DNA of 64,000 nucleotides, taken from positions 161,807-225,806 of the forward strand of contig JABIEQ010000014.1 of the NCBI GenBank assembly GCA_018651085.1. Direction: 5' to 3'. Positions 10,144 through 19,726 of this stretch are shown piece after piece. The translations under genes were made by a program, and so were the position numbers. The notes below the pieces were generated by a model. That model was not told where the DNA came from and ran no database searches. It was given only the letters and a program-made list of their open reading frames with translations. The DNA is from Candidatus Magasanikiibacteriota bacterium (lineage in GTDB: Bacteria > Patescibacteriota > Patescibacteriia > Magasanikbacterales > UBA922). How positions within the stretch are numbered: position 1 is the stretch's first letter; every line of letters begins with the position of its first letter.

Positions 10144-10689
10144 TTATGAAATTTCACACACCAAAGGCTTTTGAATTTTTTTACCTAAAAGATAAATAGA
10201 AATACCAAGGAGTAACACACCTAACATACTAAATTCTTCACCACCAAAGGGTAAAAAGCGAATCACATAACCACTTGCAGAAACACCTAAAAGACTCGTA
10301 AGAATAACAGATCCACATGATGCACATCCAATACCTAATATCCCACTAAACATACCAATAAGACCAACAGCTCCTCCAGTATAGGCCTTAGATCGTGCAC
10401 GCATATAATAGACTAGCATGGAAATATTCACTCCAATCAAAAAAGAAGTAATCACAACAAATATTGCAGACAACAAGGTAAAATTAGAATACAACGAAGA
10501 AAGAGATAACAACAATAACTTTCCTTTTATAAAAAAAGAATAGGTATCACTAAAAATAATAAAAATAATAAGTTCTCGTATAGGAAGCCAAATAGTAATC
10601 AAGAAAAATATAAACGTAACCAAAACGGCCAGGAAGATATATCCTGGCCGCATAAATACTTGTTTACATGAACGTATTAAGGACTTCAT
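10144..10689 (-). CDS. Small polytopic membrane protein with a single intramembrane CxxC motif (GCASCG). Candidate redox partner of the adjacent DsbA-like protein.
   Basis: About five hydrophobic helices. CASC lies within a predicted TM segment. The gene sits directly upstream, on the same strand, of the DsbA-like gene. Confidence 0.4.
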   Translation of the reverse strand: MKSLIRSCKQVFMRPGYIFLAVLVTFIFFLITIWLPIRELIIFIIFSDTYSFFIKGKLLLLSLSSLYSNFTLLSAIFVVITSFLIGVNISMLVYYMRARSKAYTGGAVGLIGMFSGILGIGCASCGSVILTSLLGVSASGYVIRFLPFGGEEFSMLGVLLLGISIYLLGKKIQKPLVCEIS

Positions 10690-10698
10690 AACAACACC

Positions 10699-11445
10699 TT
10701 ATAAAAGAGGAGCAATAAGCTGAAGTACTGACGCTGTAGGAACAACACCATCAAGTGGAATTGGTGCGTCACCATCTTTTAGAATAAAACTACATGGTGT
10801 TCCACGACAACCAGCAGCAAGTGCCTGATCAGCATGTTTTTGAACCTTTGAATCAAATTCACCTTGTGCTATACAAGAATTAAATGTAGATACATTTAAA
10901 CCAAGTTGTGCAGCAATAGTGTCAGTATTTGCTCCACCAGCAGCATTTGCTACAAATACAGCATCAATAAATTCCCAATATTTCCCTTGATCACCAGCAC
11001 ATTCAGCACCATTTGCTTTTCGTCTTGCATCTGGATGGATACTTTCAAGCGGCCAGTTACGATAGACCCATTTCACATTATTATTTTGAGCAATAACTTC
11101 TTTTGGCGTTTCATGAAAACGACCACAGTATGGACAATCAAGATCACTATATTCAACAATAGTAATTGGAGCATCTTCATTCCCTCGAATATAATCATCA
11201 GCAGCAACAGGAGGCACCACACGTGCAGAAGGTGCTGGTGTAGGTGTTGGAGCAGTATCACGAACAGCAACGACATCATTACCATTAGAACCACTTGAAG
11301 ACACATCTACTCCTCCCTTAAGAACGATTCCAAGAAGAATAAAAAAACCAATTGTACACAAAATCAATACACCTATACCAATCCCCGCAAGAAATGTCTG
11401 TACAGGAGAAAGGGTAAAACCAAAATGTTGAGAGTTTTTTTCCAT
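10699..11445 (-). CDS. DsbA-family thiol:disulfide oxidoreductase with an N-terminal membrane anchor and a Pro/Thr-rich linker.
   Basis: CPYC active site within a thioredoxin-fold context (ITIVEYSDLDCPYCGRFH). N-terminal TM helix and a PTPTPAPS linker. Confidence 0.7.
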   Translation of the reverse strand: MEKNSQHFGFTLSPVQTFLAGIGIGVLILCTIGFFILLGIVLKGGVDVSSSGSNGNDVVAVRDTAPTPTPAPSARVVPPVAADDYIRGNEDAPITIVEYSDLDCPYCGRFHETPKEVIAQNNNVKWVYRNWPLESIHPDARRKANGAECAGDQGKYWEFIDAVFVANAAGGANTDTIAAQLGLNVSTFNSCIAQGEFDSKVQKHADQALAAGCRGTPCSFILKDGDAPIPLDGVVPTASVLQLIAPLL

Positions 11446-11533
11446 AGTGTTCTTTAATTACAATAGAAATAATAAATAATTACGTTGGTAGAGTATATCA
11501 CTTAGTAATTTTCCAAACAATAGTTAAAGAAAA

Positions 11534-14500
11534 TTACGCTTGTTCTCGACGTTTTCTTTTAAGAAAAAGCCCAACAAGAATACCGAGAAGAACAAGAATA
11601 CCAAGTCCTATCCAACCCCAAGGGGCTCCATCACTCACATCTCCAAAACCAAGAAGCTTTTGTTCTAAGTTAAATCGTTTACGGAGTAAATCTGTTTCAT
11701 CTTCATTAAGATCATCAATACGTTTTTGAATACTCTGTGCTTTGTCTTGTAATATTTTCGCCTGTTGTAAAAGATCTTCTCTTGGAATATCACTAATACC
11801 CTCTCCAGAATTAATAATATCTTCTAATTCTTCAAGGATTTGTCGTTGTTCATCTTCAAGATTCTCCCGTTCTTCTTCTAATTCTTCAAGTTCTTCTTCA
11901 ACATCATCAATATCATCTTGAAGTGGGTCATCTCTTTGCCCACCGCGACGAAAAGGATCCTCATTGTTATCATCTTCGTCAACATTATCCTGTCTATTTT
12001 GTTCATCACGCTCTTCTTGACTTATAATACGCACAAGAAGTCTTGTTTGTGTCACTTCGTCTCCTACTTTGGGATATCCACTTGCAATATACTGTGTTTC
12101 CCCTACTTCTTCAGGGACTCCAATAAGCACACCATTAATAGTATCAAAACTAAATCCAGGTAATAAATCTGGTGTAATACCATATTCAAAAATGCCTACA
12201 TTTCCACTTCCATCATTTATAATTTGATTTGGAGTAATCTGTTCTCCAACAACATACGTTACATCGTCACCAGTAGAAAATTTAATAAGCGGAAGCCCTC
12301 CACGATTATTTGGATCACGACCATCTTCACTCACAACCACACGAATAGACGCTTGTCCACGAGGATGATCATCATTCCAAGTTGCAAAAATTTCTGCAAC
12401 ACCTACAGCAAATCCTTTAATTAATCCAGCATCTACTTTAGCAACTTGAGGGGCATCACTCGTCCACACGTCACCAAATTCATTAATATTACCTAATTGG
12501 TCATTTTCAAAATGTAAAATACCTTGTACCTGACGTGTTTCTCCAGGTTGAAGAAATATAGTGTCAGGTGGTTCAATAGACACAAACTGAAATGGGTCAT
12601 TATTTTGGTTCTCAGATTGAAGAATAGTAATCTTCAATCGATACGTAAGCTCCACAAGAAGCCCAGAATCCTGCCGTACCAGCGTATAATACCGAGCAGG
12701 GGTAGCTACAGTAGGAATACCGGAAATTACTCCTGTATCAACATTAAGTGATAATCCAGAAGGTAATGCATCTTGATTAATATATCGGTAAAACGCTTGA
12801 GGGTTACCTACTGGTCTATTAGGAGTAATAGATTCACCAACCCTATACACCGATGGTTGAGTCGTATATACAAATGGAACAAATGCATCTTCATCACCTT
12901 CATCTTCTGAAGCAATAACAGTAATGCTAACGTCTGTCGACACTGTTTCATCTTCTGTTGATGCAAAAATAGCATGTACTTCAACTCCATCAGTTACAGC
13001 AGTTGGTGTACCAAAAATGGTACCAGTTTCTTCATCAAGATCAAGTCCGTCAGGAAGAGGGGCAAGTAGCAAGAAAAAATTATTAAATTCATCATCAGTT
13101 ACAATACGATTCAGTTCAATTTCTTCTCCAACAGTATATGTCACAAGAGGACGAGTATATGTAAAAGAAGGTCGATTGATATCGTTAGGATTAACAACTT
13201 CTACAGCAACAGAAACATGACCTTCTTGATAATATGCACGAATAATTGTTTCCCCAATGCCAATCCCTTCAACTAATCCAGGATCAAGAAAACTATTTAC
13301 ATCAGCAATATTACGATTATCTGAAACCCAGGTAACATCATTTGTAACATCAACAGCAACGTCTTCGTCAACGTAATGCGCCATAACTTGAAACTGCTGC
13401 AATCCACCAACAGCTAAGCGCCAAGGTCCAAGTGGTGTCATTTCTAAACGTTCAAGATCTCGTAATACAGGGCCGTCGTCAACCACTACAACACGGACAC
13501 TATCTTCTTGTTCAAAAAGTGATGCTTGAATCGATGTTTGACCCCGAAAACCAGCAAAGACACTTCCATTTTCGTCTACCTGAGCAATAAATGCATTACC
13601 ACTAGACCAAGTAACTTGATCAGTTACATCAACTAAACGATTCTCAGTTAAAGTTGCTAACACACGAAATTGTTGAGTATCTCCAGAAGAAATAACAACA
13701 GGATCAGGTTGATCAATCTCTATAGAAAGAAGTTCTTCAACAGCCACAACAAATGCCTGATCATCATCAATACCAAACACTTCGACAGGCACAAAAACTT
13801 GTGCACTTACGTGATCATCAACTTCTTCAGTGAAAATAACTTCAACAACAGTTTGTCCAACTCCAATCGTTTCGAGCATACCATCATTTGAGATACGAGC
13901 AATATCATTGTTTTGGGATACAAAAGACAATTCTTCTCGAACCTCTCGAACTTCTCCGTTTGTATAATGTACTGTCCCAAAAAAAGGAATACTATCTCCA
14001 ATAAGAGTACGCACCTGATCAGGATGGACATCAAGCCTATCAAACACTCGTACATCATTTCTAGGATTAAGTAATGGTCGTAATGGCACAAAATTTTCGT
14101 CAAGAACAATATTACGTTCAAGATCAAAAATAAAAATATTGTTTTGTTCATTTGATTCTAACGTAGCATCCTCATAATCGATAGGTATCTGTAAAAAAGC
14201 ATTTTCTTGATTTGCACGGATAGTTCTAAGAAGAAACCGAAAACCTTGCTGTTCCCCACCATTTAAATCAACCGTAGGAAAAATATTCCTCGCATTAAGA
14301 GGATTTCGATTACGATCAAGACGTTCAAATTTAGTTGTTATGTCAAACACCTCCACTTCACCATTGTTTTGTTTAATAACATGAAGCGAATCATCATTCT
14401 CATCGTACCGAATCTCTAACGTCAAATCAGGAAGAGGAATATCATATATTAAAACATTATTATCTTCATTTGTTTCCGAAAAATGATTTTCTGGATCGAT

Positions 14501-15937
14501 TTCTATTCGAGCAGTCGTAATTCGCCGATTTCTAAAAAAGGTTAAACCATATAACCGTGACCTTTCACTGTTTGCATCAATGTCCCCACGAGAGGTAAAC
14601 AACTCAGTTCTTACTAATTCTTGTTGATCATTATATAATTCAAGAGATACATCAGGATGACGAAATGGAAAGTCGGCATCATTATGCACAAAAAGACGAA
14701 GACCATCAGTGATATTAGGGTTATCGTCTGTATGTATATACGATACAGATGGCCAAAAATCTGGAAAAACCTCATCATCAACAAGATCGTCGTCATTAGG
14801 GTCATTAGGACCATCTTCAGCTATCACAACAACAGATGCTTCAGCCTCTCTCCAACCACTTGTATCTTGACCACGTACAGGATCTCCTACCCCATGGTTT
14901 TGGGCAACAATAGTAGCATTTCCAGGAGAAATAGCCCTAACAGTACCTTTCCCTCCAAAAAACAGAAATCTTGATCGATTTGATACCGTGGCTACATCAG
15001 GAGATCTTGAAAACCAAGTTAAATCTTGAGTCATTACTTCTCGTGTTCCATCAAGATAAATACCTGTTGCAAAAAAATCCACTGCTTCTCCGACAGACAG
15101 TTGAGACCTTTCCTGGTCAATAACAATACGATCTAAAATAGGTTCCACCCCAGGCAGAAAAACAATTTTAACATTATCATTTTCGTTTGATTCTCGTACA
15201 ATATTTGAAGAATCTATTGTCGCTTTTATAGCAACCGCATTTTCAGGAATACTATCAATAGAAAAACGTTTTTGGCTTGTTTCATTAGATCGAGATAAAT
15301 CCGCTTCCAATAGCAATTCTCGACGATTAGTCCCATCAATAACAGTTCCTCTTTCATCAATAAAAGCAATATCAACAAATACATCTCGCCTAGTTACCAT
15401 TCTAAAACCAGGTTCAGATGAATAAGTTGTACTTAACACAACATGTGTATTCTCTGCATTTCTATCCCCAGGAAAAGGGAATAAATTAATATCTACTGGA
15501 GTTATATTTACAAAAGAGAAAGTTTTTACATTATTTAACTCATTAGTTTCTTCAACTACGTTATTCGGATCAATAGTTACACCAACAACAGAAATCCCCT
15601 GGGGAACACTATATCCACGTGTCACCAAAGTATTCACGGGCACGTCAAAAATATATTGCTGTCTTCTATAAATATCAAAAGATTGTGCTGGATAGAAATG
15701 TAACTTCACAGTTACAAGATCATTGTAATGTAATCCATTATTTCTTACTAAAATATCAAAATTTCCAGTTCCCCCATTATAATCAAAAGATTCCAAAACC
15801 AAATCTACGGGTAAATCAATCTCTGGATTAAAAGGCCCATCTCCAAAAATAGCTCCTGTTATTGAAGGAATAAATAAAAAAACAAAGACGGCACAAAAAA
15901 ATACGACGAGTAAACGAGTAATTTTCATATATAACAT
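11534..15937 (-). CDS. Giant cell-surface protein (1467 aa) with CARDB-like, Big_2-like and putative Ig (He_PIG-like) domains, an acidic coiled-coil segment and a C-terminal TM anchor.
   Basis: Signal peptide MKITRLLVVFFCAVFVFLFIPSITGA. Repeated Big_2-like segments (VTWSSGNAFIAQVDENG...). Motifs such as LPSGLSLNVDTGVISGIPT. C-terminal GWIGLGILVLLGILVGLFLKRKRR. Confidence 0.75.
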   Translation of the reverse strand: MLYMKITRLLVVFFCAVFVFLFIPSITGAIFGDGPFNPEIDLPVDLVLESFDYNGGTGNFDILVRNNGLHYNDLVTVKLHFYPAQSFDIYRRQQYIFDVPVNTLVTRGYSVPQGISVVGVTIDPNNVVEETNELNNVKTFSFVNITPVDINLFPFPGDRNAENTHVVLSTTYSSEPGFRMVTRRDVFVDIAFIDERGTVIDGTNRRELLLEADLSRSNETSQKRFSIDSIPENAVAIKATIDSSNIVRESNENDNVKIVFLPGVEPILDRIVIDQERSQLSVGEAVDFFATGIYLDGTREVMTQDLTWFSRSPDVATVSNRSRFLFFGGKGTVRAISPGNATIVAQNHGVGDPVRGQDTSGWREAEASVVVIAEDGPNDPNDDDLVDDEVFPDFWPSVSYIHTDDNPNITDGLRLFVHNDADFPFRHPDVSLELYNDQQELVRTELFTSRGDIDANSERSRLYGLTFFRNRRITTARIEIDPENHFSETNEDNNVLIYDIPLPDLTLEIRYDENDDSLHVIKQNNGEVEVFDITTKFERLDRNRNPLNARNIFPTVDLNGGEQQGFRFLLRTIRANQENAFLQIPIDYEDATLESNEQNNIFIFDLERNIVLDENFVPLRPLLNPRNDVRVFDRLDVHPDQVRTLIGDSIPFFGTVHYTNGEVREVREELSFVSQNNDIARISNDGMLETIGVGQTVVEVIFTEEVDDHVSAQVFVPVEVFGIDDDQAFVVAVEELLSIEIDQPDPVVISSGDTQQFRVLATLTENRLVDVTDQVTWSSGNAFIAQVDENGSVFAGFRGQTSIQASLFEQEDSVRVVVVDDGPVLRDLERLEMTPLGPWRLAVGGLQQFQVMAHYVDEDVAVDVTNDVTWVSDNRNIADVNSFLDPGLVEGIGIGETIIRAYYQEGHVSVAVEVVNPNDINRPSFTYTRPLVTYTVGEEIELNRIVTDDEFNNFFLLLAPLPDGLDLDEETGTIFGTPTAVTDGVEVHAIFASTEDETVSTDVSITVIASEDEGDEDAFVPFVYTTQPSVYRVGESITPNRPVGNPQAFYRYINQDALPSGLSLNVDTGVISGIPTVATPARYYTLVRQDSGLLVELTYRLKITILQSENQNNDPFQFVSIEPPDTIFLQPGETRQVQGILHFENDQLGNINEFGDVWTSDAPQVAKVDAGLIKGFAVGVAEIFATWNDDHPRGQASIRVVVSEDGRDPNNRGGLPLIKFSTGDDVTYVVGEQITPNQIINDGSGNVGIFEYGITPDLLPGFSFDTINGVLIGVPEEVGETQYIASGYPKVGDEVTQTRLLVRIISQEERDEQNRQDNVDEDDNNEDPFRRGGQRDDPLQDDIDDVEEELEELEEERENLEDEQRQILEELEDIINSGEGISDIPREDLLQQAKILQDKAQSIQKRIDDLNEDETDLLRKRFNLEQKLLGFGDVSDGAPWGWIGLGILVLLGILVGLFLKRKRREQA

Positions 15938-15949
15938 TGATCAATTATA

Positions 15950-15978
15950 TTGACAAAAAAGTAAAAGAGACTGATAAT
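15950..15978 (+). promoter_or_regulatory. Candidate sigma70-type promoter upstream of the peroxiredoxin gene.
   Basis: TTGACA (15950-15955), a 17-nt spacer, then GATAAT (15973-15978). Confidence 0.4.
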
Positions 15979-16013
15979 ACAGTACCATAACACAACAGGT
16001 AAAACAACAATAT

Positions 16014-16580
16014 ATGAATACACTTATAAATACCCAAATACAAGAACTTTCTTGTGAAATATTTCACAAAAATGCTACAAAAAAAATACACCTTTCAGAC
16101 TACAAAGGAAAATGGCTTATTTTATTTTTCTACCCAGCTGACTTCACCTTTGTCTGTCCAACAGAACTTCTAGACATGGCTACACATTATAAAGCATTCA
16201 CTGAATGTAATGCAGAAGTTCTAAGCGTAAGCACTGACACCGTGTTTGTCCATAAAGCATGGCACGACAACTCCCCTACTATTTCAAAAATAGAATTCCC
16301 AATGGCAGCTGATCCAACAGGAGAAATATGTAAAGCATTTGGCACATATATAAAAGAGGAAGGATTATCTTATCGCGCATCATTTGTTATTGATCCAGAT
16401 GGAATAATAAAAGCATACGAAATGCACGACAACAGTATCGGGCGCTCAGCAAAAGAACTTTTACGAAAACTAAAAGCAGCAATCTACGTTAAAGAAAACG
16501 GTGGCGAAGTATGTCCTGCAAACTGGTCACCAGGAGGAGATACTCTCACACCAGGGCTTGATCTTGTCGGAAAAATTTAA
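16014..16580 (+). CDS. Peroxiredoxin (AhpC/TSA family).
   Basis: FYPADFTFVCPTEL peroxidatic-Cys motif. Confidence 0.85.
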   Translation: MNTLINTQIQELSCEIFHKNATKKIHLSDYKGKWLILFFYPADFTFVCPTELLDMATHYKAFTECNAEVLSVSTDTVFVHKAWHDNSPTISKIEFPMAADPTGEICKAFGTYIKEEGLSYRASFVIDPDGIIKAYEMHDNSIGRSAKELLRKLKAAIYVKENGGEVCPANWSPGGDTLTPGLDLVGKI

Positions 16581-16600
16581 TTTATTATTCTTATCCCTCT

Positions 16601-17179
16601 ATGTACACTCTTCCAGAGCTAGAATACGCCTACGATGCACTTGAACCACATATTGATGCACGCACCATGGAAATCCACCACAGCAAACACCACCAAGGAT
16701 ACACAAACAAACTAAATGCTGTTCTTGAAAAAAACCCAAATCTGCTAGATCAACCAGTAGAAACATTGTTACAACATATAGATACACTTGATATTCCAGA
16801 AGAAGACAAAAAAGCATTACAAAATAATGGTGGCGGATATCTCAACCACAAACTCTTTTGGGAAATAATGAACCCACAAAACACTACCGATACTGACCTT
16901 GTAGAAGAAATAACAAATACATTTGGATCAATTGAATCATTTAAAGAGCAATTTGAAAAAAATGCCCTTACCCAATTTGGAAGTGGTTGGTCATGGCTTG
17001 TACGAAATACTGAAGGAATATTAATGCTCTATAAAACAGCAAACCAGGATTCACCACATCTTCAAGGACATACCCCAATATTAGGTCTAGATGTATGGGA
17101 ACATGCCTATTACCTCAATTATCAAAATAAACGAGGAGAGTACGTAAAAAACTGGTGGAATATAGTGAAAATCATCTAA
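16601..17179 (+). CDS. Fe/Mn superoxide dismutase.
   Basis: LPELEYAYDALEPHIDARTMEIHHSKHHQGY, plus the C-terminal DVWEHAYY metal-ligand motif. Confidence 0.85.
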   Translation: MYTLPELEYAYDALEPHIDARTMEIHHSKHHQGYTNKLNAVLEKNPNLLDQPVETLLQHIDTLDIPEEDKKALQNNGGGYLNHKLFWEIMNPQNTTDTDLVEEITNTFGSIESFKEQFEKNALTQFGSGWSWLVRNTEGILMLYKTANQDSPHLQGHTPILGLDVWEHAYYLNYQNKRGEYVKNWWNIVKII

Positions 17180-17193
17180 ATCACTCATCCTAG

Positions 17194-17223
17194 AAACCCT
17201 ATTGAAAATATAGGGTTTTTTTG
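17194..17223 (+). terminator. Rho-independent terminator after the SOD gene.
   Basis: aaccctat-tgaaaa-tatagggtt followed by a T-run. Confidence 0.6.
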
Positions 17224-17239
17224 TTACGATAGCCATATT

Positions 17240-18370
17240 ATGACTACATTAATCTCTGTTGATTCTCTAGAGACCATTGTTGCCTTTAGCCTCATTTCTT
17301 GTGTGGCTGCTTTTTTATGGGCACCAGCACTCATCAAATTCCTCTACAAATACAACATTACAAGAAGAAATCCCCATGATGTCACCCTCACCATGGAATG
17401 TAGAAAACATAAGAAAGGAGTCCCTATTATGGGCGGGCTTCTTATTATCGTAACCGTAGCAGTCATTACTCTTCTATTTAACTGGGAAAGACGATTTACC
17501 TGGGTTCCTATTGGCGTCATGCTTATTGCCGCAACCCTTGGAGGCGTAGATGATCTTCTAAATATCTTTAACGAAAAAAAACGGCGAAACAGAAAACTTA
17601 AACATCTTCTTCGCTTAATCCGCGTTCATAAATCAATAAAACATCGTTTGTGGTTAATTATGACCTTCCCGTGGGCAGTGTTTAAAAGAACATCTCTTTG
17701 GCTTGGATCTCATCCAGGAAAAGGCCTTCATGTTCATGAAAGACTTATATTACAATTCATCGCAGGCGCACTCGCTGCCTGGTGGATCTATTTTAAACTT
17801 GGAGACTACTGGCACAATATTTATATTCCCTTTGATGGATTTATAGATATTGGCTGGCTTATCATCCCTCTTATTATTCTTTTTGTGATGGGAACAGCAA
17901 ACGCCGTAAACTTTTCTGATGGCATGGATGGGCTTGCTGGAGGATCTCTTGCTATTACTTTTTGTGCACTTGCTTTTTTAAGTTGGATTGAAGGATTTCA
18001 AGAACTTGCCATACTAAATAGTACTGTTGTTGGGGCTCTTATTACCTATACCTACTTTAATATTAAACCAGCCCGTTTCCAGATGGGAGACATTGGCTCC
18101 CTTGGATTAGGGGCACTTCTGGCTATTAATGCCATTGCCATAAACAGAATGCTACTCCTTCCTTTTCTTGGATTTATTTTCTATGTAGAAATAGCAAGTG
18201 TTATTATTCAAATTCTTGGTCGCTATACATTAGGCCGTCGCATATTTAAAATGGCACCAGCCCATCATCATTTTGAACTTCGAGGATGGAGTGAAGAAAA
18301 AACAGTAATGCGTTTTTGGGTTATCCATGCCGCGGTTGTTATTCTTGGCGTATGGATTGGATTAGCATAA
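17240..18370 (+). CDS. mraY: Phospho-N-acetylmuramoyl-pentapeptide transferase MraY (GT4 family).
   Basis: NAVNFSDGMDGLAGG and MGDIGSLGLGALLAI motifs in a polytopic membrane protein. Confidence 0.8.
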   Translation: MTTLISVDSLETIVAFSLISCVAAFLWAPALIKFLYKYNITRRNPHDVTLTMECRKHKKGVPIMGGLLIIVTVAVITLLFNWERRFTWVPIGVMLIAATLGGVDDLLNIFNEKKRRNRKLKHLLRLIRVHKSIKHRLWLIMTFPWAVFKRTSLWLGSHPGKGLHVHERLILQFIAGALAAWWIYFKLGDYWHNIYIPFDGFIDIGWLIIPLIILFVMGTANAVNFSDGMDGLAGGSLAITFCALAFLSWIEGFQELAILNSTVVGALITYTYFNIKPARFQMGDIGSLGLGALLAINAIAINRMLLLPFLGFIFYVEIASVIIQILGRYTLGRRIFKMAPAHHHFELRGWSEEKTVMRFWVIHAAVVILGVWIGLA

Positions 18371-18374
18371 ACAA

Positions 18375-19028
18375 ATGAGTTATTTGCGTTTTGACAATAA
18401 AATAGTGACTGATCTAACAGACACATCTATTACATCCTTGTACAATCAAGGATATGTTTTTATACGAACAACAAAAGGCGCAATGGATCAAACAAGAAGT
18501 GTGCGTATTGATCTTTCCGTATTTGAACCCTCAAGTGAAAACCGTCGTATCATACGAAAAATGACAGAACAACACATTACTCTTCAAGAAATCCCACTCC
18601 CTTACGTTGCATATCATTGGGAAATTGGAAAAATGGGAAAAACCTTTTATGACGAAAAATTTGGTCCAAAAACCTTTAGCGCCAATAAAATAAAAGAAGT
18701 CTTAACTAATAAAGCAAAAAGTAATTTCACAACACTGTTTGTCTACAAACAACATGATATTCCTGTTGGATATTGTATTGTGTATCAAAATGAAGACATG
18801 ATCCACTATTCATACCCTTTTTATAATGAAGAGATACAAAATCTTGGCATAGGTATGATGGGATTAGCAATTGCAAAAGCAAAAGAAGAACAAAAAAAAC
18901 ACATCTACCTCGGATCAGCACAGCGCCCAAAAGACATATATAAACTTCAGTTTAAAGGACTAGAATGGTTTGATGAAAAAAAATGGGATAACGATTTAGA
19001 GACACTTAAACATACTCTGCAAATATAA
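18375..19028 (+). CDS. Short Ate1/Bpt-family (aminoacyl-tRNA--protein transferase-like, GNAT/Fem fold) protein.
   Basis: N-terminal region GYVFIRTT...RSVRIDLSVFEPSSENRRIIRK resembles the Bpt/ATE_N consensus but lacks the Cys residues. C-terminal HIYLGSAQRPKDIYKLQFKGLEWF resembles ATE_C (YLG...KxxYKxxF). Confidence 0.4.
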   Translation: MSYLRFDNKIVTDLTDTSITSLYNQGYVFIRTTKGAMDQTRSVRIDLSVFEPSSENRRIIRKMTEQHITLQEIPLPYVAYHWEIGKMGKTFYDEKFGPKTFSANKIKEVLTNKAKSNFTTLFVYKQHDIPVGYCIVYQNEDMIHYSYPFYNEEIQNLGIGMMGLAIAKAKEEQKKHIYLGSAQRPKDIYKLQFKGLEWFDEKKWDNDLETLKHTLQI

Positions 19029-19029
19029 T

Positions 19030-19722
19030 ATGGCACAAACAGCAGTATGGGAAAAAGAGTATAACGATAAAAAACTTCTTGCGTTTCATCATGAACCACA
19101 AAAAGACACATTACGATTTATAAAATACCTTAAAAAAACACACAAGGTGCAGCTTGATGGAAAAACCATACTTGATCTTGGTTCAGGGACAGGGAGAAAT
19201 GGAAACTACATGGCAAAAAAAGGAGGCACCGTACATGGGATTGAAATATCACAAACAGCAATAAAAATAGCGAATGAACAAGCACATAAATTATGTGTAG
19301 AAAAACAAGCGTCCTACTACTTTCGTAGTTTCGGAGAACCATTGTCTTTTGAAGATAATACTTTTGATATAGTGATTGACGTTACATCATCAAATTCTCT
19401 AAATGAAAAAGAAAGAGAAACCTATATAAAAGAAGTGCAAAGAGTACTTAAGCCTCAAGGGTTTTTCTTCTTAAAAACACTGTGTAAAGACGGGGATAAA
19501 AATGCAAAAAACCTTCTTAAAATGCATCCAGGAAAAGAAGTCAATACCTATATCATGCCTGACATAAATTTAGTAGAACGAGTATTTTCTGAATCAGACA
19601 TTATATCTCTGTATGGAAATCATTTTGAAATATTAAAAAAAGAAAAGAAAACCACTTACTCAAAAATAAACAACCAACCATACAAAAGAAATTTTTGGAT
19701 TGTATACATGCAAAAGAGCTAA
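19030..19722 (+). CDS. Class I SAM-dependent methyltransferase.
   Basis: Motif I ILDLGSGTGRNGNYMAKKG. Confidence 0.6.
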   Translation: MAQTAVWEKEYNDKKLLAFHHEPQKDTLRFIKYLKKTHKVQLDGKTILDLGSGTGRNGNYMAKKGGTVHGIEISQTAIKIANEQAHKLCVEKQASYYFRSFGEPLSFEDNTFDIVIDVTSSNSLNEKERETYIKEVQRVLKPQGFFFLKTLCKDGDKNAKNLLKMHPGKEVNTYIMPDINLVERVFSESDIISLYGNHFEILKKEKKTTYSKINNQPYKRNFWIVYMQKS

Positions 19723-19726
19723 TCTT

